Source: Botryllus schlosseri (lineage: Eukaryota). From it: a DNA stretch of 64,000 bases. The stretch spans positions 20,646,001-20,710,000 of the forward strand of contig CM119380.1 in NCBI GenBank assembly GCA_051294905.1. The letters run 5' to 3'. The translations under genes were made by a program, and so were the position numbers. The stretch's first letter is position 1; each line of letters starts with the position of its first letter. Positions 1 to 12,699 of this stretch are shown here, piece by piece. The notes below the pieces were generated by a model. The model did no database searches, was not told the DNA's origin, and worked only from the letters and a program-made list of their open reading frames with translations.

Positions 1-2
1 AG

Positions 3-92
3 GTCGCTCGTAAGTGACATTGCAGAATCGACTCCCCGCATCGAAAAGACGTGCAACGATGTAGATCAGTTTCTGGATGCTACTAACGACAG
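3..92 (+). CDS. MACF1: Spectraplakin rod exon (5' boundary uncertain at window edge)
   Basis: SLVSDIAESTPRIEKTCNDVDQFLDATND; donor AG|GTAAGG, phase 2. Confidence 0.75.
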
Positions 93-677
93 GTAAGGAG
101 CGTGGAGCACTGGTGTTGGGGGGACTTATCCTTTGAAAAGTAGTAGCGAAAACTTGTGCCATGCGTCTCCATGACAATGAAGTAATATAGGCGCATACGT
201 ATTGAGACTAAATATATCAATCAGCATAGATTCAAGTCATATATAAAGCAGGCATGTCAAACATATGGCCCGGATCAGTATTGACTATGTGCAAACCACA
301 AGTCGCTACCGAATGTCTATCTAAGCTCTAAATGAAAATACACCAAATCCCTAATATTTCATGACTCTGTATAGAGCAGCAATTGATACAGATGCTCCCA
401 TGCTAATTACTAACAGGTCAGCGATAATCTTACCTCTTCAATGCAATCATCATTAATGGCAAGCTTTTCATGTCACACCAGCACTGGGATTTCCAAAATC
501 ATAACGAGACTCATAAAGGAGAAATATGCTATGACGTGCAATGATAATGCAAGATTGGGGGAAAATGTGGAATAGTCTGTGCTCACAAATTGAATAATCT
601 GGTTTCACATTAAGAGACATCGTATATAGTTGATATTCGAAAGAGCCTATATTTTTCATTTCTATGCATAAGAGCTT

Positions 678-781
678 CTTGGAGGTACAGAACTTCAATA
701 TACAATTAAATAGTATATTCATATTGAAATGAACCCGAATATTTTCGGCTGACACTCGTCAGGGGTAATCGTCAGCAACTA
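678..781. repeat. Interspersed palindromic family B (CTTGGAGGTACAGAACTTCAATATACAATTGAATAGTATATTC...); other copies at about 14440-14610, 26012-26150, 30935-31036, 39947-40010, 43121-43221, 58327-58485 and 63670-63719
   Basis: Near-identical 50-110 bp arms in both orientations; 14440-14610 and 26012-26150 are self-complementary. Confidence 0.85.
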
Positions 782-2242
782 GTAGAGAATTGGAAAGAAC
801 ATTGTATATCAACAATCTATGCATAAAGAGACGTACAATGATATATATCAACTGTTTCGTTACAATTGAAGATTTTTGGAATCATTGCGACACAAAATCA
901 AAGTTCGCTACATGGTATTCGTCATAAGCATCATCTTTTCTGTAAAAAGTGATGTGATGTTATTACACGGATACCATACTTGCCCTATAATGGGAAAAAC
1001 TACTGTATTGGACTGAGAGACACTTTGGAGTTCAGAACCTCATAATAAATTCATGTTTATTCCCAAAGCTTTTCGACTGACATTCATCAGGGGATACCGT
1101 CAGCAATAATGCGACTGACAAATGAGCAATTTTGGGCGGATAATATTTTACAAAAATGTTAGGATTTTGAAAACTGGGGTTCCGGGTCACTAATCCCTCA
1201 AGATACACCACTATAAAACCACACAAAACCCAACTACGTAACGGAGACCTATACTACGGGTGTTGTGATGCGAAATTGCATGTATAACATATGTAACACA
1301 TTTGACCAGCATGATTAGGGACTCAGCCTTTGGGTTACTAAAACACCTAAGAATAGGGAGAACCTGGCGAACAATCATTCAGGAATCGAAATTTATATTT
1401 CTCGATATCAGAACTAGTGTTGGGAATGAGTCACTACCTTTGGGTCACCTTGGGGTAACTCGAATCGAGTCATGATTCAAGTCTATGCATTCGTGTGATG
1501 CATGAAGTACGGATCGTGTAGCTATTTTCCGAAGTCAAGTTACGAATATAAGGTAACTATGCATTTAGAAGGGCACTGTATCACTCACACGTGTGTTACA
1601 GCTAAATAAGACACAGGTAGTGTTAGTGTACTGCCTCAGCTCATACTTATCAGACAAAATAGAGGATAGAATTACTAAATCACAGAAATGGCAATGATGC
1701 AATACGAAACCCATCTGCACCTCCATAATATACAATTCAAGCCTGCACCAAATGTTAGAAAGTAATATAAACTAAAACTGCTGTATGTCTTAAAGTGTAA
1801 GCTATATCTGTTCGATTTAAATCATACAAACTTTTCGTTAAGGTGAGCGGTCTATAGAACAGAAACACGTTGCTACATATTATAGAAAATAGTTTGATTA
1901 CTACTAGGAAGACAAAAGCTGTATGGTTTGTGATCAATTGATTTGTGACTTAGCAATGGAGGCCCAGGAAAACCACTCTGGGCAATCGTTGAATGACTAA
2001 TTGCTCTCACAGGAGACATATCGCTGCGTAAACAGTACGGCTATCAAGTCGACACCGATTACATGATGACTTGAAATTGACTCGAAAATTTTGCTTTGAA
2101 TGATGTATCAATTCTTCAAGTCAAATCATAGAAAAAAGTTCACTCGAGACGTCTCAACACTGATCAGAACTCCGATAACCCTGCTCACTGGGCATATTGG
2201 ATATTGAATATAGGTGCTATTATGGGGTATATTATTGCATAG

Positions 2243-2378
2243 ACTCGATCCCAAAAAATCTCAAGTCTTGGGAGATCAATCGAACGCAGTGAATGAGAAA
2301 TGTCAAAAAGTAGCTGAAGACGCAGCTAAAAAGCTGCAAGATTTGGAGGAGGCATTGGCAAGAGCAAAGCAGAATAAG
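2243..2378 (+). CDS. MACF1: Spectraplakin rod exon
   Basis: TAG|A CTC; LDPKKSQVLGDQ...LEEALARAKQNK; donor GTATGA; phase 2 to 0. Confidence 0.85.
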
Positions 2379-3077
2379 GTATGATTCTCGATAATATAAG
2401 GTTGATCCTCACTGTGACTGCATGTCGCACAGCACTTTCTGATAGCGGTGTCTAACTCTTAAGTAATTAACAGCAATGCTGTACCATATAAAGTTCTTTC
2501 TGCGATTTTTGATGTCCAACAAAATTGTAATGTATCAAGTCACTATATGCTGTACTCTACTGCCCACATATATATAGGAATGCAACCAAATGTGGGTGGA
2601 ATCACCCCGTCAAGTTTTTTTACCTCGCACACCGCAAGCTAATAGCATCTTACGCTATAAAAGTGCATGGTTTTGTGTGCTGGAATTTGATTCAATGCGT
2701 TTGTGTTACGGGAAACAAGGAATGCTTCTTTTCAAGGCTTTGCAAATATTTTATGATTTTTAATAATAAAAAATACCTGTGTGTGTATGCTCTGAATTAT
2801 TACAATATGTACCGGCACCTCAGGAGTTCAATATTGCATGGTATGCACCTTTGCAGTAGTTTGATATTTTGGAGTTGCTCAGAATGCATCTGACACACAA
2901 AAACCTTACCCACCTGTGAAATGCTCTTCCGCAAAGAATGACAGAGTCTGCCTATGAAGCGTACCCCCACTTCTTCGATAGCATGGACTGCAAGGATATG
3001 GAATATTTGCACAAAAAATATGTTGGCTGAAATTTTCAACTACTCTCCGCCATCTATCTTGCTACCTCTTCCCACAG

Positions 3078-5498
3078 TATATCTTCACGTATGATTTCGG
3101 TGGTTGTGATCAAGAGACGATGCCGACGATACCTTTCTCCTACAACGCTATTCCTTGTAAAATCTCAATGGACTTGGAACTCGACTTGCTGTTTAGTAAA
3201 GAGAGCACGATTTATCCAAGACGTAATGTGATGATATCGCATTGCTCCCTATGGGATACGTGCACATTCTTGAAGAAGACATCATCCACGCTTCGAACTA
3301 ATGAAACACAGCCTCTTGTTTATTGTGAGGCACGAAGCAGCTCTGCTGTGAGTCACCATCATACTCTCTCTACAGTTGCAAAAGGTGTAGATATTACATG
3401 TACGCCGTTGTGTGGTGTGGCAACTGAGTATCTTCAATCAATTCGTAGGAGCAAAGGAACAGAAGATTCAGAGTCTTGTCCTAGTACTTATACAAGTCCT
3501 GCGTTAGACAAAGTGATATCTTTTTGCTACATTGCGTGTGTTCGACCAGCTATTGACTGTATAAATAACTGTCCTTCTACGATGGGAGGTTGCTGCTGTG
3601 GGCTTCGGAAATCCAACGATGGCGCTCAGGATACATCGGAGATATTGTACTTCCCCTCGGACTACCATCGCTTTGTGCGGCATTCCGTTCCCGCGACAGA
3701 TGAATTAGTTCGGAAAAGGCGCAATGACTGTCATACAGCCCGCAGTGAGAGTTACATAGGACACGAATCAAAGCTACAACAACAGGGATGCTTGACAATG
3801 CCAAAAGATTTTTGCGTACTTCAGAAAAGTGCAGAAGATTCGAATGTTCCATCCACAAGAGATGACGGCTCACACCGATGTATAGTGAATGCGGATGATA
3901 CGATTAAGGAGGCTCCATGTCCCGTTACTTCTAGAAGCAGAAGTATAGAACCGCTTATTGTAGAAGAACAGTTTGGTGAATCATATTATCTATGGCTCGG
4001 CGTTCAGCATGAAGTAGCAGAGGATTGCGTTTCCCAAGATAAAGTACAACCTACCTCGCCTGTCAAACTATCCAATCAAGAAAACTTTTTCCTTTGTAAA
4101 GATCTTACTGATCCACGATGCTCTGTAGAATCAAATATTGCTTCCTGTACAAAAAATCTCGAAGTCACCAATTCTGAAGTGTTTATATCGCAGTTTAGAA
4201 ATACTGGAGATATTAAAGCAGAAATGAGTCGCACCTCTTCACTGCCAAATGAAGATACTGCCATTGATTTTGAAAAAGGGACATTCCATGATGATCACAG
4301 CAATGTTCTCATACGCGACACCCCTTTGGTAACATGTATCACTTCTGTATCGCATCCCACTTTAAAGAAACGTTACCTAGTGACTGAAGCATGGAAAAAA
4401 GGTTTGCTTGATTATGAAACGGCGGTGATACTATTGGAAGGCCAAATCCAAGCTGGTGGTATTGTGTCTATAGGGCCGTCTATTGTCGAAAAAGCACCCT
4501 GCCTTCATTTAGTCTCTGTGGTGGAAGCAAAACGTAAAAGCTTGATCGATACGAAGATGTATGATAGACTGAAACTCTTCGAGGACTCTGTAAAATGTGT
4601 TATTGCCGCTTCCCTGGAAGGTACTAGTAAATATAATTCGAAATCGAAGACTCAAATGCGGATGGTGCAACTACAATCTAATTTAGGAGGTATTATGGAC
4701 TTTACAAAGCTGGAACTTGTGACCTTGTCTGCCGGCGTTGAAAAGGGTTTGATCAGCGATGACATTGCTGTTGATTCTTTCAATAGACAAATTGTCAGTG
4801 GTGGTATCGTAAGCAGACTACCATTAAGTAGGCTACCTTTATCCGAAGCGGTGAATTCCTGTTTGATATCTCAGGAACATGCTGAAACTATGAAGCCTGT
4901 CGAGTTGCTATATCAAGGCATCGTCGACCCAATTTCTGAAGAAGGCACCACCTACGCAATGTGCGTTCGCAAAGGGTTGGTAACCAGAGAGGCGGTGGTT
5001 GATTTTCTATTTAAACAAGCCTTGCAACATGGAGGCTGGATCAGGAATTGCTTCACAAATGAGTGGCTGCCGATCTCTCGCGCAATGCATGAAGGAATGA
5101 TCGACATCAGCATGTGGACCGCTGTGGAACAAGCGTTATCGCAAAATAAGCAAGAAGCATCGTTGATCCATCCGTTTTGGTTGAGGCCAGTGTCATATTT
5201 TGACTTTCTGAAATCAGCAAATACAGAAGATGGGGACTTATCACGGTGCAAAGTAATCAGCGCTTGCGATATGTTCGATGGGATGTACGATTCTAGAAAT
5301 CAAGAAAGGATCTCCATTTTTGAAGCATTGAGAAGGGATATGACCGATCAACTCACAGCCAAACGCCTATTAAAGGCACAGTTAGACAGTGGAGGGTTGG
5401 TAGATATTGAAAACAAAGAAAGAATCCCGGTCAGTACAGCTTTAACCAGACAAGTTATCGATTTTCCGATGGCGATTTCTCTTGTGCAACAAGGCAAG
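3078..5498 (+). CDS. MACF1: Giant exon (807 codons): disordered Ser/Cys-rich segment followed by plectin (plakin) repeats
   Basis: Pyrimidine tract plus CAG acceptor at 3077, phase 0; open frame to donor AAG|GTAAGT. Plectin-repeat signatures include AWKKGLLDYETAVILLEGQIQAGGIV and LLKAQLDSGGLVDIENKERIPVSTALTRQVID. The ORF track starts at ATG 3120. Confidence 0.85.
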
Positions 5499-5746
5499 GT
5501 AAGTTATCTCGCATTTTTTAGGAGGTGAGTCTACTTTATGCATTAGTAAACACTAAACACTAATCTCTTGCTGTAGGCAACTGTTGCTGGTAATTTACAC
5601 TAAACTGAACACGTGCAGGTTTAGATTTCCTATACTTCCATGCATGTATCTTTTCGCAATTCGTGCACGTTACGATCGCTTTATATTCTACATTTATTTC
5701 CGAGTAAATATTTTCGGATCATGCAAACAATATGTATTAACACCAG

Positions 5747-5881
5747 GTTGAGCCATCAAATCTGGTGGACACAGATGCTTATGATGAGGTCAATGAACAG
5801 TCTCTTGAAGACTTAGTGGAAACCGACATGGTACATCCGACTGACATGCTGGAACTACTGCAAGCAGATGGCTACTTCAAG
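5747..5881 (+). CDS. MACF1: Plectin-repeat cassette exon
   Basis: CAG|VEPSNLVDT...LLQADGYFK|GTAATC, phase 0-0. Confidence 0.8.
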
Positions 5882-5940
5882 GTAATCGAAACCAAGTGTT
5901 ACTTTGATTCAGATATTCAAAATCACTTTTTTCATTTTAG

Positions 5941-6107
5941 GGAATCCTTGATGTGAAGACAGGCAAAAATATTGATATAGCAACTGCTGCTAATCGCGGT
6001 CTTATTTCAAAAACCGCTGTGCTGCAAGTTCTGGGTACTGACGATCAAATCAAGGGAATATTGGATATATCGACTGGTGACACCATGTCTGTCGGTGTTG
6101 CTACAAG
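5941..6107 (+). CDS. MACF1: Plectin-repeat cassette exon
   Basis: GILDVKTGKNIDIATAANRGLIS; phase 0-2. Confidence 0.85.
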
Positions 6108-6227
6108 GTACGCTAAATAATCCTTGTTATTATTTAAAATTGCTACTAACATTTTGCGAAAAAACGGTGACATTTGCTTTGAAAGCATTGACCTTTGGCG
6201 CTTGTCAGCTCTAACCATCTTTAACAG

Positions 6228-6472
6228 ACATGGTATTATTGATCGCAAAACTGGGATGCGCATTTTGGAAAGGCAAGTGGCGAGCGGTGGTCTCTTGAGA
6301 CCACCTACATTCTCGCATAGCGAACCGGATGATGTAGTCGAAGAAAAGTTGAGAATTTTAGACGCAGTGAAGATGGGCATTGTCGACCCTGTGTTGGGAA
6401 GGAAATTGTTAAGAACTGAGAAGGCGCGAGGATTCACTTTGATTGAAGACGATTGGTCCGATCAACTTTTAG
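6228..6472 (+). CDS. MACF1: Plectin-repeat cassette exon
   Basis: HGIIDRKTGMRILERQVASGGLL...AVKMGIVD; phase 2-1. Confidence 0.85.
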
Positions 6473-6526
6473 GTGAGGATTGCAGTCGATCATTTTGACC
6501 GTGTGAGATATTGAATTCCTCTTTAG

Positions 6527-6624
6527 CCGAATTGGATGAAAATGATATGGATGAAGTGAATTTAAAAGAAGTAATCAAGGATCAGCTATGTGCCCTGGGC
6601 GGTGTACTCGATCCAAGAACAAAG
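6527..6624 (+). CDS. MACF1: Plectin-repeat cassette exon
   Basis: ELDENDMDEV...QLCALGGVLDPRTK; phase 1-0. Confidence 0.8.
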
Positions 6625-7319
6625 GTTCGTAACACTTTAGTTTTTAGCCATGCTCATTATGTCCTGTAAAATGTATTGTCGTTCTATAGTACAGTGGTTC
6701 TTGACTATATCCCTTGTTGCTTTGAAATCACCAACTAGCTCATATTCCTATTTTCGAATGACTGGAAGATATGACACCCTTGTGTATAGTAAGGAGATAA
6801 TTATTTATATTTAAACAAAATCCAAGTTAAAAATGACATCAAAAAGCAACCTGCCGAATATTTCTCGAACGCCGCAATACTTAGTCCTAACATGAGCGAA
6901 ATAATTGGACACTAATCCAAAGCGTAACGAAGAATGTATTCAATAGGTTATTGTATTGTAATTGTATTGGGCACAATGACAATGTGGTAAATATCTAGGA
7001 AAGTCGCAACTTACTTTATACCCTATCTGATGATCCAGTCTGCCGCCCACCAAAAATATGGCTAGCCAAGGACCATAGATTAGTCACGAAACAAAAAACT
7101 ATCACATTACACGATGGAAACCTACTATAGTATAGAATACTGGCGCCCAATATTAACAATGAACATGTAAATGTAAAATATGTAAATTTTAACATGATTT
7201 TCACACAAAACAGAAAGATTATAATGATTAGTTACTACAAATATCACTGTGATTTCTGCTTTATAGGCCGGATGTGTGTCTTCAGCAGGTCCCTGAGACT
7301 CGCTTTACAAACCCCTGGA

Positions 7320-7853
7320 CTGGGTTGTTATTACTCGAGTCGCGATTTTTCGGTGACTCGGCCTGTCACTATACTCGAGTCAATTTTTTTGTTGGCTTGA
7401 CTAGTACTCGAGTCATTGTGCATGACTCAAACCAAGTTATATCGCTCCAGACTAGGACAGCCAAGACAGACATTTCATTGTAACTTCGAAGATTCGTTAA
7501 GTCACCACATTTTTGGTATTTCGTCTATCAGTCCGGATACTTGAAAAATATGGCCAGAAACTGTTAAGACTTAGGAAAATTTCTATATTATGAATGCGAG
7601 CCATTCTATATCCTTCGAGCAGAGTTGAAGAAAGGGGTTTGAACAGGATTGAACTGAAAACTGAACAGTGAGCATATTGACTTGGACTCGGACTTGTGTC
7701 AAACACTAATACTCGGACTCGACCCTCAACTAATTTACTTGGACTCGGACTTGACTCGGTGGTGAATTGAAAGTGACTCGACTTGACTCGATTCAAAACT
7801 GTAAAAGTGAGATTGACTCGTGACACGGAACCTTGTACTCGGTTACAACCCAG
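7320..7853. mobile_element. hAT-type MITE family A (GACTCG/CGAGTC-rich), copy 1
   Basis: TIR CTGGGTTGT...ACAACCCAG; aligns by eye with 8527-9094 and, inverted, with 28276-28731. Confidence 0.75.
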
Positions 7854-7928
7854 CCACCGGGGTTCGTGTGAACCTCGGTTAATAACCACCGATTTAGCAT
7901 TTTGCAATGACGCATCTCGTTCTTGCAG

Positions 7929-8265
7929 GAAATCTTGCCGTTGCATGTCGCCGTGTCCCGTGGCTTGCTGACGGAGCAGTTGTCCGCCGAGTTGATGCAA
8001 AACCAATCTCCAATCGCAAGAGCATTCGCTTCAGAACAATACGCCAATCCGAAATTTCGATCCAGCCTGGATTCGATCACCGAAGCAGAGGAATTGGTTT
8101 CCTCCTCTTCTAGCGACTCTGAAGAACCCGTGAAAGTTTTCGATACAATTATGGCTCGTAACAGAGCTTGGCAAAGGCACGAGTCGAGAAAATGTCGCTT
8201 TAGACACCGGCAAATGTCTACCATTTACGAAGAAGATGAAGAAGTCGCTATCGAGCCAACATCCG
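7929..8265 (+). CDS. MACF1: Plectin-repeat cassette exon with disordered linker
   Basis: EILPLHVAVSRGLLT...MSTIYEEDEEVAIEPTS; phase 0-1. Confidence 0.8.
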
Positions 8266-8526
8266 GTAATTTGAGTAGACTTAGTGGTAGCATTGGGCAC
8301 TATCGAGTACCGGAATATTCTAGCATCACAAATCATTAAGCCATAATATGACAAATGACTTGTGAAGTTCAATTATGCATATTTTATTCAGACACAAGGA
8401 AAAATGCCAATTACATAACATCTAGAATACCAGAAAATTGAATTTGAAATACTTTTCGAACATATTTATTCCATGGCGTTTTGCGACAATGCGGTGAGTT
8501 GATCTCAGTTATCACTAACTATTTAT

Positions 8527-9094
8527 CAGGTTTGTAATGATCGACTTATGATTTCACTCGAGTCACGATTTTTTGGTGACTCGACTTGACTCGAGTCATT
8601 TTTTGAAATGAGTAAAATGACTCGACTCGACCCAAGTCAATTTTGAATTGTACTCGAGTCATTGCGCATGACTAGAACCAAGTCATTTGACTTGAAACTA
8701 GGACGGCCAAGACAGACATTTCATTGTAACTTCGAAGAATGGTTAAGTCCCATCATTATTAATATTTCGTCTATTGGTCTTGGTACTTGGAAAATAGAGT
8801 CGAAAACTGATAGCACTGAGGATAATTACGATATTATGACTGTGAGTCATTCGATATCACTCAAGCTGAGTTGAGAAAGTGGGTTGAACCGGATTGAACT
8901 CAAAACTGAACAGTGAACACAATCAGTTGGACTCGAGTCACAACACTATGCATCGGACTCGACCCTTTACTCACTGACTTGGACTCGGACTTGACTCGGT
9001 GGTGAATTGAGAATGACCCGACTTGACTCGAGTCAAAACTATGTAAACGAGATTGACTTGTGACTCGCAACCTTGTTACTTGATTACAACCCTG
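8527..9094. mobile_element. hAT-type MITE family A, copy 2
   Basis: TIR CAGGTTTGTAAT...ATTACAACCCTG; 8-bp TSD CTATTTAT/CTGTTTAT (7 of 8). Confidence 0.85.
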
Positions 9095-9388
9095 CTGTTT
9101 ATCACGTAGTACCTTTATACATCATGTTCTGAATGCCGTGATACGATCAATCCAGTTTTCAAGGCTTCTATGGTGGAAAAGAAGTATCCAAACTATGAGC
9201 CTCGTTGATAATAAAGCGCTTGGGGATAGGGGCATAAAATTGTCTTCATAAAATATCGCTATAAATTTTCAGTCAACTACACGTAGATATATCCACTATC
9301 GGAAATATCTTCACTGTTCAGTTGAAGCCACTTCTTTGCGGCTTACTTGTAAATCATCGCAGCGCATGTTGAGCAAAGTTGTTTTCAG

Positions 9389-9533
9389 GGCGAAAAATGA
9401 CCTTGGGCGCTCTCAGTCGAAAATCCGCGATCGATGTACATACCGGGTCTCGCGTGTTGGAAGGTTTAAATCCGTCTGGTCAAATCACAATCCATCATGC
9501 TCATGACGACACAACTTCTGCGTCAGAAGAAAG
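9389..9533 (+). CDS. MACF1: Plectin-repeat cassette exon
   Basis: RKMTLGALSRKSAIDVHTGSRVLEG; phase 1-2. Confidence 0.72.
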
Positions 9534-9601
9534 GTAGATTCACTTTTGCCTCAACACAGTCTACACTGATCCTAACATAGTTCTACTTTACGTCGCTATA
9601 G

Positions 9602-9800
9602 GCAGAGCAAAATGCACATCATCGAAGCATTTAATCGAGGACTGCTGAATGAGACGGTTGCGTTTCGTCTGCTGGAAGCGCATTTGGCTCAAGGCGGCAT
9701 TCCCGATCTTGAGAGTTACGAACGACTTACTCCAGAGCAAGCGTTGCAGCGTGGGTACATCACTGAGGACATGGCAGAGAAGCTGATCGTTGCTCTTAAA
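9602..9800 (+). CDS. MACF1: Plectin-repeat cassette exon
   Basis: MHIIEAFNRGLLNETVAFRLLEAHLAQGGIPDLESYERLTPEQALQRGYIT; phase 2-0. Confidence 0.88.
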
Positions 9801-9857
9801 GTATGTTATTTTCTTATCGCTAATCCCGTACACAGTCTTATTTACTGTGTTTGACAG

Positions 9858-9986
9858 AATTTGTTGAAGGAACAGGCGCAAATGTATTTGTTTCGTATCA
9901 AGGAGTATGTGACATGGTGCACTTCGATGATGTCAGATATAAGCGAGTGTGATCTCATGGACCGCGTTGAAAGGAAAAACGCTCTG
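9858..9986 (+). CDS. MACF1: Cassette exon, spectrin-like helix A
   Basis: NLLKEQAQMYLFRIKEYVTWCTSM...RKNAL; phase 0-0. Confidence 0.75.
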
Positions 9987-10651
9987 GTATAATTCATTCG
10001 TTGGTTAATTTTTGTGTGATAGTTGTATTTCTATGTACAGCTCATTTGAGTGACAAATAATTCTAGTTCGGGTAGGTTAAATTCGTTTTAGTGACAATGC
10101 CGGTAATAGACGTATAATAGACTGATAGTTCAAGTTCATGTGGGGTAAAATTCATTTGAGTGTGCCAATGATGGTGCTCCTGGTGACAAAAATTCAAGTT
10201 CAGATATGGTCAAATTCATGAAGTGATAGTCCTGAGTATTCAATTGTGTAACGTGAAAAATCACTATTCTTTACCTTCATTCATTAAAGAACTTCCTTTA
10301 ATTGTGTTACTCAAATAATCACAAATCTATCACTGAGATGATTTGTCACTCTATTGAATAAAATAACACGTTTACATGTCCTAGTCAGAGAATTATATCT
10401 TTGTCGCTCAGTTGCTGCATCCAACCCAAATATGTATAGCGCATAGGCGTAGCCAGAAAGAAATGCTTGACACAATGTAACATTACCAATCTATTGTGAG
10501 TCGTTGATATCGTATCACAATGTTTTGGGTTGAAGGGTCGTGGGGGGGGTAATCATTTATTTATTCCAGTGGTTCTGTCAAATGCTCATGTGTGCATGTA
10601 AAACCGTCACGACTCTGATGATGCTTTTAATACTGGCCCTGTGGATATATA

Positions 10652-10696
10652 GCTGTATCAGCTGTATCAGCAGTATCTGCTGTATCAGCTGTATCA
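10652..10696. repeat. Tandem 9-mer GCTGTATCA, 5 copies
   Basis: Direct reading; one variant unit GCAGTATCT. Confidence 0.85.
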
Positions 10697-10818
10697 CCCT
10701 GTAGAAATCGTGCGTTCATGGCTGTATCTACTCCATGCCGGTACTAGAGGACTTGACTCTGCTCGCCAATCCAATATAAGCACACTCTTTGATGCTCAAC
10801 GTCTTTCTCGTACTCTAG

Positions 10819-11085
10819 GAATCACTATACGAAAACGCCGCACCTGAATTAAATGCCATCGGCGATTGCTTGGACGAACTCGATTTATTCCTGGACCGCG
10901 AGCGCTGCCGACTAGATGCGTTCAGGATCAATGAACTGATCGTGCTGTCTAGCGACCTGCGGGACCGTGTCCACGAAATCGAAAGAGCCCTGTCAACGGA
11001 TCACCAAGTCGTGATAACCACCCGAAAATCCATGATGGCCGGTGCCGGTCCACTGTCGGAGACATCGACGGAATCGTCTGACGGA
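10819..11085 (+). CDS. MACF1: Last cassette exon, degenerate spectrin repeat (3' boundary uncertain)
   Basis: TAG|ESLYENAAPELNAIGDCLDELDLFLDRERCRLD; weak donor GGA|GTAAAA; the ORF otherwise runs to a stop at 11217. Confidence 0.65.
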
Positions 11086-11800
11086 GTAAAATGTTTGAAA
11101 CACGCATGGGCTTCGTACTGCGTCGTTGACCGATGGACACGAACTGCACGGAATCCGCCTAATACTTTTCCATTTACTGTCGGTTGTTTGCAGCACCGTT
11201 ACCTTTGTGCGATTTAGATTAGGCACAATGCTTGTATTTTCAATTTACAACCACTTTACCGTGTCTTGCGAATATGTGTGCGATATCTAACTCACTTCGT
11301 TTGCTTATAAGCGCGGTTGCCATCAGCACGGGTAAAACTCTGAGGATAGGCAAACACTTTTGAGTGACTTAACTGCCAGAATTTGTACCCTGTTACACAT
11401 TTGAGAAAATGATATCAAAAAAGGTCATCACTATTGCCCAGTGCTAACCATGGCCTCATTACAATCTTGTCTAGTAGAAGCCTTCATTCGTATCATCTGT
11501 ATAACTATTATGACCTGTGTTCTGCTTTGAAGCTGAGGTCATAAGACTGAATCTTCTGAATAAAGATAATGTAGTTCTAAATCAGGACGAATGTTATTAG
11601 TAAGGATGGTATGGCAACCCTGCTTATAAGTGATAAAGTTACGTAGAGCCTCGGCATGAAGCATTCCTTTGTGGTTAGAATGTAAACGTTTTCAAACAGC
11701 ATGCTTGCACACGCCATGCCCGTTTATTTTCTTCTATTTTGCACCCACATCTCTGCCCAAATGTTATTCCTTGATGTTCACATTTTTGTTAACCGCTCAG

Positions 11801-11977
11801 TTTGCACTCGACGAGGGCCTTGCCAGTAATCTGGCTCGGTTGGAGGATTTGGATAAGGAAGCCGACGCGGTCGGAGATAAGTTGAGAGACATGTCCGAAG
11901 AGGTTGTTGACAGCAGAGTGGAGTCTCCGGAAGAAACAGACCTTGAACAACTGCAAAAGCAACTTGAAGAAATCATG
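11801..11977 (+). CDS. MACF1: Spectraplakin rod exon
   Basis: FALDEGLASNLARLEDL...QLEEIM|GTAAGA; phase 0-0. Confidence 0.85.
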
Positions 11978-12699
11978 GTAAGATCTCTTCACAGTTGGAA
12001 AATGTCGATGTTCTATGCATTCATATGTATGCGGAGGTGAGATGGTCAAATTAGTCAGCATTGGTGCTGGGCTAGAGAAATATGCAACACCGTAAATTTC
12101 TACTCGATTTCTAGTACCGTATAACTAGAGATTTTCAAGACATTTCAAAACTACTTGAATGAGAAGTAGAAAACGGTCTAAAAAGTAGATAAGTAAGCAG
12201 TTCCGAAATATATAAAATGTTCGCGGGTCTTAATTTTAGCGGTTAATCGGAGGCCTCTACTTTTGAAAATGCAAGATGCGTATTCACGACTAATGAAAAA
12301 TGGCTATTGACACTGTAAAGGATGCAATTTTTGGAAATAAATCCGACTACTGTGATACAGGGACTATTTCCCCAATTTTTACATGACAATTTCACTCGTA
12401 ATGGTGATACAAACATACCCACTGCTACTTTCTGGTTTACAAAATAAAAAATTTATAGAAGTATTTGACCCTAAAATTTGTGATGCAGAAGGGGGAGTAG
12501 ACCAAGACGTAACCACTTCAATAAGTAGTGCAATTAGGTAGAATTACTTGAGTACTCCAAAAAAGTAGTAGTACTTCATTACTGACCACTTCTGTTACAC
12601 ATCGTAGCTGTTTTGATACTGTCGATAGCTAAGTCAAGGCGGAAAGGTCTTATGCACATTATAATATTTATATTGACCAAAGTGAACATTTCTCTACAG

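Noticed and set aside
468-755. Repeated ORFs beginning MSAENIRVHFNMNILF (also 30839-31036 and 43004-43198)
   Set aside because: They are translations of repeat family B, not a gene family; the sequences diverge immediately outside the repeat.
3560-3567. TATAAATA as TATA box for the MGGCCC start
   Set aside because: Too close; transcription would start downstream of ATG 3582.
5577-5589. Possible 13-nt microexon (TAG|GCAACTGTTGCTG|GT)
   Set aside because: It would shift the frame; 5498 joins 5747 in phase without it.
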